Source: an uncultured Actinomycetota bacterium (GTDB lineage: Bacteria > Actinomycetota > Actinomycetes > BP-191). From it: a stretch of DNA of 64,000 bases. Each line of letters begins with the position of its first letter. The first letter of the stretch is position 1. Shown here piece after piece: positions 25,787-33,140 of this stretch. The stretch is from assembly GCA_963765815.1 (NCBI GenBank), contig CAVXXT010000008.1:178666-242665 (forward strand). The letters are read 5' to 3'. The notes under the pieces were generated by a model. The model worked only from the letters and a program-made list of their open reading frames with translations. It was not told where the DNA came from and searched no databases. A program made the position numbers and the translations under genes.

Positions 25787-26847
25787 GAAGCGGACACTGC
25801 GGGAGCAGGTGACGGCGACGCCGACGGCTCGATGGGGTGGAACGGCGGCGGCGGGGAGTCGTCGACCGCCGAGGGCGCGGCGGCGCGGGTCGGCGCCGGC
25901 GACACGGTCTGCCCCGCGTCGTCGAGCCAGTGCACGCCCGCGTCCTTCGTCTCGAGCACGACGAGCCGGCCGGCCTTCAGGCCGATGAGGATCCCCTTGC
26001 CGTCGGCCTGGAAGTCGGCGTCGAAGATCTTCACGACCCCGCCGACGCAGGCCGCCTTCGCCCACTTCAGGCCGCGGTCGGGGGTGATGCGGAGCTCTCC
26101 GGCGGTGCAGCGGTCGCTCTTGCCGATCCGGATCCAGCCGAGCGGGCCGTCGCGGAAGACGAGCGACTCCACGGCCCCGGGGCTGTCGATCCCGCCGGGT
26201 TGGGAGTCGATCCGCCGCTCCCAGCTCGCGCCGGCGTTGATCGTGCGCGCCAGCATGCGCTGCCCCTCCCGGCGCCCCTGGCAGAGGACCCACGCCCGCT
26301 TCGCGTCCAGCGCGGACACCAGCTGGGGCGGGCCGTCGTTGCTGCCGCACGGCGACTTCACGACCCGGCCCTCGACGGCGACCTCGTACGCCGCCGTCAC
26401 CGACGGCCGCGAGATCGTCCAGAGCGCGCCGTTGGCCAGGTCGAGCGCGACCACGCCGGGCGGCGTCTTCGGGGTGCGGATCCAGCTCACCCCGCCGTTG
26501 CTCGAGCTGAGCACGGTACGACGGCAGTCGACGTCGCGGCCGAGCAGCACGGCCTGCCCGCCGGTGTCGATCGAGATCTGGTCGACGGTGACGAGGGGGA
26601 CGGACACCGGCTGCCACGAGATAGCGGTACGCCGCTCGACGACGGTCGTGGCCGCGTTGCGGGTGCAGGCCGCCGGGCCGGTCCAGCGCAGGGCGTCGGT
26701 GCCGGTCGGCGCCAGCGCGACCACTCCTCCCTCGGCCGGCACGACGGTGTCGACCGGGGTGTCGGTCGGGCGGAGGGCCAGGTAGGCGAGCGTCCCCGTT
26801 CCGGCGGCGAGGACGGCGACGCCGGCCGCGGCGAGCAGCCGGTTCAC
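25783..26847 (-). CDS. Membrane-anchored BNR/Asp-box beta-propeller protein (copy 1)
   Basis: 354 aa with an N-terminal TM anchor. Asp-box-like repeats are SSSNGGVSW, TINAGASW, TPDRGLKW and TKDAGVHW. It has a Pro/Ala-rich tail. Confidence 0.7.
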   Translation of the reverse strand: MNRLLAAAGVAVLAAGTGTLAYLALRPTDTPVDTVVPAEGGVVALAPTGTDALRWTGPAACTRNAATTVVERRTAISWQPVSVPLVTVDQISIDTGGQAVLLGRDVDCRRTVLSSSNGGVSWIRTPKTPPGVVALDLANGALWTISRPSVTAAYEVAVEGRVVKSPCGSNDGPPQLVSALDAKRAWVLCQGRREGQRMLARTINAGASWERRIDSQPGGIDSPGAVESLVFRDGPLGWIRIGKSDRCTAGELRITPDRGLKWAKAACVGGVVKIFDADFQADGKGILIGLKAGRLVVLETKDAGVHWLDDAGQTVSPAPTRAAAPSAVDDSPPPPFHPIEPSASPSPAPAVSAS

Positions 26848-27116
26848 GCGTCGACCTCCGCCAGCAGGTCGCGCGCGAGCAGGTCCTCGATCAGCGGCTC
26901 GACGTCACGCGCGATGGTGACCGGCTCGACGTCGTACCGCTCGGCGAGCGTCGTGACGACGAGATCCGGGTCACCGGACTCCATCAGCAGCTGCCACACC
27001 TGGGCGGCGTGCGCGGACAGTCCGATCCACTCCCCGGTGCCGAGGTGCATGACGATCGCGGACTCGCCGTCGAGCACCCACCCCACGTGGTCGGGCTTGG
27101 CGTAGCGAGCGCTCAT
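26844..27116 (-). CDS. PqqD-family (RRE-like) small protein, copy 1
   Basis: ATG 27116 (frame-checked). 90 aa: ...VLDGESAIVMHLGTGEWIGLSAHAAQVWQLL...LAERYDVEPVTIARDVEPLIEDLLARDLL. Its stop overlaps the propeller start by 4 nt. Confidence 0.7.
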   Translation of the reverse strand: MSARYAKPDHVGWVLDGESAIVMHLGTGEWIGLSAHAAQVWQLLMESGDPDLVVTTLAERYDVEPVTIARDVEPLIEDLLARDLLAEVDA

Positions 27117-27192
27117 GTCCGGTCCCCGGGGGTGTGTCACACTCGGGATGTTCGCAGGCACGTTCATCCGCGCATTCTCCCTTGGACGGCTA

Positions 27193-28656
27193 GTGGATCT
27201 TCGCGATTACGTCCGACTTCTTCGTGTCCGTCGGCTGCTGATCATCACCTGCACGCTGCTCGGCCTGGCCGCAGCGGCCGCAGTGACGCTCGCCGCGACG
27301 CCTATCTATCAGGCGAAGGCGCGGCTGTTCGTGTCCTCGTCGGACAGCGGCAGCCTCGGCGCGGCCTACACCGGGTCGCTCTTCACCCAGGCCCGGGTGA
27401 AGTCCTACGTCACCTTGATCGACAGCCCGCCGGTGCTGCAGCCGGTCATCGAGGACCTCGGGCTCAACCTCACCACCTCCCAGCTCGCGGCGAAGGTCTC
27501 CGGCGACGCGCCGCTGGACACCGTGCTGATGACCGTCAGCGCCAACGACGAGTCGCCGGCGCAGGCGCAGCGGATCGCCAATGGCGTCTCCGACCAGCTC
27601 ACCGAGGTCATCAACAAGCTCGACACCACCGGCGCCGGGTCGCTGGTCAAGATCACCGTCGTGCAGCCGGCCCAGCTGCCCGGCTCGCCGATCACCCCGC
27701 GACGCAACCTCAACCTCGCGCTCGGCCTGCTGGTCGGCCTCGCGGTCGGCGTCGGCGCGGCGGTGGCCAAGGAGGCGCTCGACACGACGGTGAAGAGCGT
27801 CGAGGAGCTTCAGGAGTCCTTCGGGGTGAGCACACTCGGTGTCATCGCCAGTGACCCCGACACGCCGAAGCGCCCGCTGATCGTCCACGCGTCACCCCAC
27901 GCGCCACGGGCTGAGGCGTTCCGCCAGCTCCGCACCAACCTGCAGTTCGTCAACGTCGACGCCGAGCCGCGGTCGATCGTGGTGACCAGCGCGGTGCCCG
28001 GCGAGGGCAAGAGCACCACCGCCTGCAACCTGGCGATCACCATCGCCCACTCCGGCGTGCCGGTGATCCTGGTCGAGGGCGACCTGCGCCGGCCCAAGGT
28101 CGCGGAGTACATGGGACTGGAGGGCGCGGTCGGCCTCACCGACCTGCTCATCGGCCGCGCCGAGGTCGAGGATGTGCTGCAGCCGTGGGGCGGCGACGGG
28201 CGCCTGCAGGTGCTGCTGTCCGGTGCGCTGCCGCCGAATCCGTCGGAGGTGCTCGGCTCGCACCACATGGTGGAGATCCTGCGTGAGCTCGAGTCGCGGG
28301 CGCTGGTCATCATCGACGCTCCGCCTCTCCTGCCGGTGACCGACGCTGCGGTCCTGTCGACCGTGGTGAGCGGAACCCTGGTCGTGGTCGCGGCGAACCG
28401 GACCCGCCGTGACCAGCTGAACCACGCGGTGGAGGCGATCCGCAGCGTCGGCGGGGTGGTCTTCGGCGCGGTGCTGAACATGGTGCCGAGCAAGGGCCCG
28501 GACGCCTACCGCTACGGCTACGGGTACGGCGCCGACTACGCCTACGGCCCGGACGAGCAGGCCGCGGCCCGCAAGAAGCGTCCGAAGCGGCTCGACGCGC
28601 CGGTGCCGGTGCGCGCCGGCACTCCCGGCGCGCGCTCCAGCTCAGCCGGCGAGTAG
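27193..28656 (+). CDS. Polysaccharide co-polymerase / BY tyrosine autokinase (Wzz domain plus CpsD-like ATPase), copy 1
   Basis: Walker A SAVPGEGKSTTACNLA, A' VILVEGDLRRP, B LVIIDAPPLL, and a Tyr-rich tail YRYGYGYGADYAYG. The start is GTG 27193 or ATG 27148 (the track ORF begins at 27115). Confidence 0.85.
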   Translation: MDLRDYVRLLRVRRLLIITCTLLGLAAAAAVTLAATPIYQAKARLFVSSSDSGSLGAAYTGSLFTQARVKSYVTLIDSPPVLQPVIEDLGLNLTTSQLAAKVSGDAPLDTVLMTVSANDESPAQAQRIANGVSDQLTEVINKLDTTGAGSLVKITVVQPAQLPGSPITPRRNLNLALGLLVGLAVGVGAAVAKEALDTTVKSVEELQESFGVSTLGVIASDPDTPKRPLIVHASPHAPRAEAFRQLRTNLQFVNVDAEPRSIVVTSAVPGEGKSTTACNLAITIAHSGVPVILVEGDLRRPKVAEYMGLEGAVGLTDLLIGRAEVEDVLQPWGGDGRLQVLLSGALPPNPSEVLGSHHMVEILRELESRALVIIDAPPLLPVTDAAVLSTVVSGTLVVVAANRTRRDQLNHAVEAIRSVGGVVFGAVLNMVPSKGPDAYRYGYGYGADYAYGPDEQAAARKKRPKRLDAPVPVRAGTPGARSSSAGE

Positions 28657-28911
28657 CCCGCGGGCGGCGAAGTCCGCGAGCAGCACGTCCACCTCGATCA
28701 CGATCTGCTGCGGGTCGACGTCGTACCGCTCGGCCAGCACCGCCGCCACCTCGGCCGGCCCGCGCTCGCCGTCGAGCAGGTCGAACACCTCGACCGCGCG
28801 TACGTCGAGCAGGTTGAGCCGCTCCCCGTCGAACGTGACGATCTCGCCGTCGATGCGGGCGATCTCGATCGCCGGGTTGGGCCTCACACCATCGTCTCGA
28901 TCGCGTCGCAT
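28642..28911 (-). CDS. PqqD-family (RRE-like) small protein, copy 2
   Basis: 89 aa: ...IARIDGEIVTFDGERLNLLDVRAVEVFDLL...LAERYDVDPQQIVIEVDVLLADFAARGLLAG. It is a paralogue of copy 1 and overlaps the kinase-like gene by 28 nt. Confidence 0.7.
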   Translation of the reverse strand: MRRDRDDGVRPNPAIEIARIDGEIVTFDGERLNLLDVRAVEVFDLLDGERGPAEVAAVLAERYDVDPQQIVIEVDVLLADFAARGLLAG

Positions 28912-29699
28912 GCCGCGTCGAGGTCGCCGAAGACAAGCCGACCGGTGGCGCAGCCCTCAGTCGCGCCGGCGATCGCGTCGAGGGCATGGGGGAACAGGTG
29001 ACCGAGGCGGCTGGTGTTCTGGCCCAGCGCCATCATCGCGGTGGCCCGTGACACGGCGTCGACCGACGCCGTCGCCGACGCGTCGTACCGCGGCAGCAGG
29101 ACGTGCGTCGGGGTGCACTCGTCGTGCCGGACGACGCAGCCTGCCCGGATCTGCGAGGCCGGGACCTGCCAGGTCGGCTCGGCGTAGCGGCTCGGGACCG
29201 GCGCGTAGGCCGCGAGGACCGGCTGGGAGCCGGCCTTGACCGTCAGCGGCTTCGGGTACGGCGTGATTCGGCGGGTCGTCGGATCGACGACCACGGCCTC
29301 GTCGCTCAGGTAGTCCCAGCCACGAGCGATCAGCCCGGCGGTCAGGGTGGTCTTCCCCGAGCCGGACGTGCCGGAGAGCACGACCGTCCGGTCGCCCTTC
29401 GAGAGCCCCGCCGCGTGGAATATCAGCTTTCCCGTCGATGCGGTCACGACCGCGAGGTTGAGGAACTGGACGAGCAGCACCCCGGGCATGGCGCCGGTGT
29501 AGTCGGCCTCGGCGATCAGCTCGCCAGCACGAAAGAGGCCGCAGCGCGTCCCCTCGACCCGGAGGTCGAGAGGAGCTGCTGCGGCCTCTTCCGTGGCTAG
29601 CAGGTCCTGCAGGATGGTGCTGAGGTACGCCGTGTGCTCGGCGTCGAGTCCCCGAACAGCGGTGAGGGGACCCAGCGCGTTGGTCAGCGAACCGTCGTG
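28884..29699 (-). CDS. HPr-kinase-like P-loop protein (HprK-related kinase); start codon unresolved
   Basis: The track ORF starts at ATG 29489 (P-loop LSGTSGSGKTT). The frame stays open with coding-like GC3 for 70 more codons up to the in-frame TAG at 29700-29702. No ATG/GTG/TTG occurs in that stretch. Confidence 0.6.
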   Translation of the reverse strand, partial: HDGSLTNALGPLTAVRGLDAEHTAYLSTILQDLLATEEAAAAPLDLRVEGTRCGLFRAGELIAEADYTGAMPGVLLVQFLNLAVVTASTGKLIFHAAGLSKGDRTVVLSGTSGSGKTTLTAGLIARGWDYLSDEAVVVDPTTRRITPYPKPLTVKAGSQPVLAAYAPVPSRYAEPTWQVPASQIRAGCVVRHDECTPTHVLLPRYDASATASVDAVSRATAMMALGQNTSRLGHLFPHALDAIAGATEGCATGRLVFGDLDAACDAIETMV

Positions 29700-30350
29700 C
29701 TAGAGCAGGCCGGTGACGCTGTCGACCACGTGCTCGACGACGTCGAGCAGGTCCTCGACGATGCCGCCGTCCTCGGGGTTGCCGAACGGGAGGCAGATGT
29801 TCTGTCCGGCGTGGCACTCGAGCGGGGTCGGCCCGTCCTGCTTGCAGTCCGCGGTGGAGCCGCACTGCCCGCCGAGCTTGCTGCGCTGGCAGTAGCCGAA
29901 CTGGCAGCGGCCGGAGGAGCAGTCGTCGTTGGCGCTGCAGCTCGTGCCGTAGTTGCTGCCGGTGCAGACGCCGCCGGTGCAGCGGTTGGAGTGGCAGTCG
30001 GAGTTGGACGCGCACACGGAGCCGACGACGGCCCGCGAGCACACGCCGTCGACGCACGCGCCGCTGAAGCAGTCAGTGTTGTTGGCGCAGGTCTTGCCCG
30101 CGTTGCACTGGGTGCAGTTGGGGCCGCCGCACTGGGCGGCAGGGTCGGTCGGCGACGGACACAGCTGGTTGCTGGCGGCGAAGGCCGGCGCAGCAACGGA
30201 CTGAATGACCGGAACGGCCCAGACCGCTGCGCCGACGACGCCGGCCCGCTTGATCATGTCGCGGCGGTTGATGCCCCCGAGCTCGGCGACCTCCGCAGCA
30301 GAGTCCTTGCGTGCGGCGCGCTTCGCCCATCCATCGATCCAGTCGCTCAC
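29700..30350 (-). CDS. Tat-signal secreted cysteine-rich repeat protein (20 Cys)
   Basis: 216 aa. The twin-arginine motif is INRRDMIKRAGVVGAAVWAV...APAFAAS. Four repeats of the type C-x5-C-x4-C-x4-C are present (CANNTDCFSGACVDGVC, CASNSDCHSNRCTGGVC, CSANDDCSSGRCQFGYC and a looser fourth). It has an acidic C-terminal tail. GGAAGG lies 9 nt before GTG 30350. Confidence 0.7.
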   Translation of the reverse strand: MSDWIDGWAKRAARKDSAAEVAELGGINRRDMIKRAGVVGAAVWAVPVIQSVAAPAFAASNQLCPSPTDPAAQCGGPNCTQCNAGKTCANNTDCFSGACVDGVCSRAVVGSVCASNSDCHSNRCTGGVCTGSNYGTSCSANDDCSSGRCQFGYCQRSKLGGQCGSTADCKQDGPTPLECHAGQNICLPFGNPEDGGIVEDLLDVVEHVVDSVTGLL

Positions 30351-30550
30351 GGTGTGATGCCTTCCGGTCTGGGCCTCTTACCGCGATCTGCTGGAGAGAT
30401 CTTGGATGAGCCAGGTTTAGGGGTTCACTACGCAGGGTAGCCGACTAGTTCCGCTCTGTCACTACCTCTAGTCAGAAAGAGCTAGTTAACTTTTAGTTAC
30501 GCAAGGTGACACGCCCGTCTTTGTCCCGTTTCACCCGTTTGGCTTCAGGC
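30351..30550 (-). promoter_or_regulatory. AT-richer intergenic region with short repeats, upstream of the Cys-rich gene
   Basis: TCACTAC occurs at 30425 and 30459, CTAGT at 30445, 30468 and 30482, and TAGTTA(A)C at 30483 and 30494. This is the only sizeable gap in the minus-strand string. Confidence 0.3.
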
Positions 30551-31978
30551 TCACGCGTGCGGGTCAGAGTATCGGCGTACCAGGTCGAGGACTTCAGGCC
30601 CGCCCTGGGCGAGGTCGGACGCGATCCGGCCTTCGTGCACGGCGATCGCGCACGGCGTGCCCGGGGCGCCGAACGCATCGCCGACGGCGAAGCGCGGGTC
30701 CGTGAAGAGCGGGGCGGTGAGGCCGGAGCGGCGTACGGCCTCGGGATCGCCCTTGGACACCAGCACCAGGCCGTGCGCGGTGTCCTGCAGCGCGACGAGG
30801 TCGTCGGTGATCTGGGAGCAGTAGCCGCAGGTCGGGTCCCAGAAGACGAGTACGCCGGAGTGGACCGACCTGGCCGGGTCCACCGGCGTGCCCGAGCCGT
30901 CGTCGAGCAGCACCTCCGGCGCGGGGTCCCCTTCGCGCAGCGGCGGCGGCCCGACCTGCAGCGCGCCGTGGTCGTGTCCGTGGTGGTGGTCGTGCGCCGG
31001 CTGCTGGACGCCGTTGAGCGCGAACTCGACGAGCGACCCGACCTCGATCGACCCGTGCGCCGGGCCGCCGGAGATCTTGCCGTCGGGGGCGATGAGCACC
31101 GCGGCGGGGGTGCCGTTGACCTTGAAGCTGTCCGACACCGCCCGGTTCTCGTCGAGGAGGACGGTCAGGCCGGAGTCGCCGTACTTCGCGCGCACCTGCG
31201 CCTCGCGGCCCGACGCCACCATCACGAAGTCGAGCCGACCGGCGTGCAGGTCGTGCCAGCCCTTGAAGACCGGCAGCATCTCCTCGCACGGCCCGCAGGT
31301 TGGGCTGGTGTGCAGCAGCAGGACGGGCACGCCCGGCGCGAGCAGGTCGTCGCGCGTGCGGGTGACTCCGTCGAGGTCAGGCAGCTCGAAGTCCGGCGCC
31401 GGGATCCGTGGGTCCTCGCCGCGGGCGAGGATCTCCAGCGTCTCGACCCGGTGGAGGAGCACGCCGTAGCGGGTGAAGAGCTGCCAGCCGGCGAGCAGCA
31501 CGGCGAGCAGGACCAGCGCGAGCACCCCGACCAGCAGCTCGAGCGCGGTCCGGTCGGCGAGCCAGTCGCCCGTGGTGGGACCGACACGGCTCGCGCCGAC
31601 CCCCGCGAGGGCGAGGAAGACGACGTTGCGCACCAGCGAGCGCGTGCTGATCGAGCCCTTGCTCAGCGACCCGAAGCAGTGGCAGTCGGGCTGGCGGCCG
31701 AGGGCGAGGTTGACGCCGATTCCGACGGTGAACGCGGCGAGCATGGCGAGACCGAGGATCGCGCCGTACCGGCCGGCCGTGCCGCCGATGACCAGAAGCA
31801 CTGCCGCCAGCGCCTCCAGGACGGGCAGCGCCGGCGCGATCACGGCGGCGAGCGCCTTGGGTACGCCGAACGCCTGCACCGCATCGCGCGAGCCGTCCCG
31901 GTCGCGCAGCTTGCTGATGGCCGAGAGCGCAAACACCCCGGCCAGCGCCAGGCGGCAGATCACGACGAACGAGTTCAC
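30551..31978 (-). CDS. MauE/DoxX-family membrane domain fused to two thioredoxin-fold (MauD/TlpA-like) domains
   Basis: 475 aa. The N-terminal 4-5 TM region carries DCHCFG. Thioredoxin-fold domain 1 has TCGPC, followed by a His-rich linker AHDHHHGHDHG, and thioredoxin-fold domain 2 has TCGYC. Confidence 0.8.
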   Translation of the reverse strand: MNSFVVICRLALAGVFALSAISKLRDRDGSRDAVQAFGVPKALAAVIAPALPVLEALAAVLLVIGGTAGRYGAILGLAMLAAFTVGIGVNLALGRQPDCHCFGSLSKGSISTRSLVRNVVFLALAGVGASRVGPTTGDWLADRTALELLVGVLALVLLAVLLAGWQLFTRYGVLLHRVETLEILARGEDPRIPAPDFELPDLDGVTRTRDDLLAPGVPVLLLHTSPTCGPCEEMLPVFKGWHDLHAGRLDFVMVASGREAQVRAKYGDSGLTVLLDENRAVSDSFKVNGTPAAVLIAPDGKISGGPAHGSIEVGSLVEFALNGVQQPAHDHHHGHDHGALQVGPPPLREGDPAPEVLLDDGSGTPVDPARSVHSGVLVFWDPTCGYCSQITDDLVALQDTAHGLVLVSKGDPEAVRRSGLTAPLFTDPRFAVGDAFGAPGTPCAIAVHEGRIASDLAQGGPEVLDLVRRYSDPHA

Positions 31979-32047
31979 AAGGACCGGGGGCCTTCCGGAC
32001 GGACGTGCGGTGAGGTCAGCCTCGACATTGTGTCGAACTGCGGGACG

Positions 32048-32974
32048 TCACCTGCGCCGAGCGCTTCTGACCTGGCCGGCAGCCTTCGGCAGCTTGCGCA
32101 GGATCTGACCTGTGCGCTGGAACCACGCGAGGATCAGGCCGATTCCCCGGATCCGGGCGATTGGCCATCCGTATCGGAGGAACGCGGCGGTGGGGAACAC
32201 CTCGCGCAGCAGAAGCCGCGCCTTCTCGCGGCGCGTGGCCGCCGCGAACCGCGCCAGGAAGATGGCCGGGCCGCGCGCCCCTTGTGCTCGCAAGGCCCAC
32301 TCGAGTCCCGCCTCGGCGGTGATGCCGAGCTGATCCAGGACCGCTTGTCCGGCCGGCAGCTGCGACAACCCGCTCGCGAACGGTCGCTCCGCCCCGAGCT
32401 CCCGGGCCAACGTGAGCGCGTCGGCCCATTCCTGCGTGGTTGCGTGGTCGATCGCCCGCCGGAGGTCCTCTACGGACTTCGGCCGCGCTGGTCCTGAGAT
32501 GGCCGCGTGCAAAGCGATGATCAGTGCGCGTCCGGTCACGTCTAGCTGTGTGGCGCTGCCGCTGGCGGCGCTGAACGGCTCCGTGTGCGATGACAGCAGC
32601 GCGAAGGCCTGCTCTGGCGGAACCGCTACCCCGTGAAACGTTGTGTGCAGGTCGACCTCGAACTGGACGTTGTTTCCGGAGAGCGTCGCGGCATGACGTG
32701 GCAGCTCCGACTCGGTCGTGCCTTCCCCGGTGAGGCGCCACCCCATCTGGACGAACGCGTGTATGGCCCGCGTCAGGTCGACGGGCGCCACGAGCAGGTC
32801 GACGTCACCCAGAGCGCGATCTCGGTCCGGGTAGAGCCATCGCACTGTGGAGAGGCCCTTGAGCACGATGCACGACACGCTGGCCGCGTCGAGGAGGTAG
32901 ATAGCTCGGGCGTGTTGCAGCTCGCTCCAGGCGAGAGAGCTGCCCGGGCGCCCTACGACCTCATCCCGATTCAC
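32048..32974 (-). CDS. Uncharacterised nucleotidyltransferase (NTP_transf_5-like)
   Basis: GTG 32974 (frame- and sequence-checked) lies within a 386-aa track ORF. ...CIVLKGLSTVRWLYPDRDRALGDVDLLVAP... carries the pol-beta-type G-x-D-x-D motif. Confidence 0.6.
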   Translation of the reverse strand: MNRDEVVGRPGSSLAWSELQHARAIYLLDAASVSCIVLKGLSTVRWLYPDRDRALGDVDLLVAPVDLTRAIHAFVQMGWRLTGEGTTESELPRHAATLSGNNVQFEVDLHTTFHGVAVPPEQAFALLSSHTEPFSAASGSATQLDVTGRALIIALHAAISGPARPKSVEDLRRAIDHATTQEWADALTLARELGAERPFASGLSQLPAGQAVLDQLGITAEAGLEWALRAQGARGPAIFLARFAAATRREKARLLLREVFPTAAFLRYGWPIARIRGIGLILAWFQRTGQILRKLPKAAGQVRSARRR

Positions 32975-33140
32975 CGCCGCGCTCTCCTCGCTGCACGATC
33001 TTCTCTCGCAACGTACAAGCCGTACACGACGCGATCGCAAGTACGCTGAGTATCTGCACGGGATTGCGGTGGACGCGTGGAACGTGAAACCCGTGGTGCA
33101 AGGGTCACTGCGACAGGAGAAGGGGCTGAGGTCCAGGGCG

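Noticed and set aside
30493-30678. 61-aa minus-strand ORF overlapping the MauE-fusion 3' end, considered as a possible precursor peptide
   Set aside because: Most of it is an alternative frame of the thioredoxin domain coding sequence. It is Arg-rich, and has no SD and no Cys or Ser/Thr-rich core.
28642-32974. A canonical lasso-peptide (or other known RiPP) biosynthetic cluster
   Set aside because: The HPr-kinase-like, PqqD-like and nucleotidyltransferase genes are present. However, no asparagine-synthetase-like cyclase, transglutaminase-like protease, radical SAM, YcaO or lanthipeptide enzyme is present. I found no short precursor ORF in the gaps (30351-30550, 31979-32047, 27117-27192).
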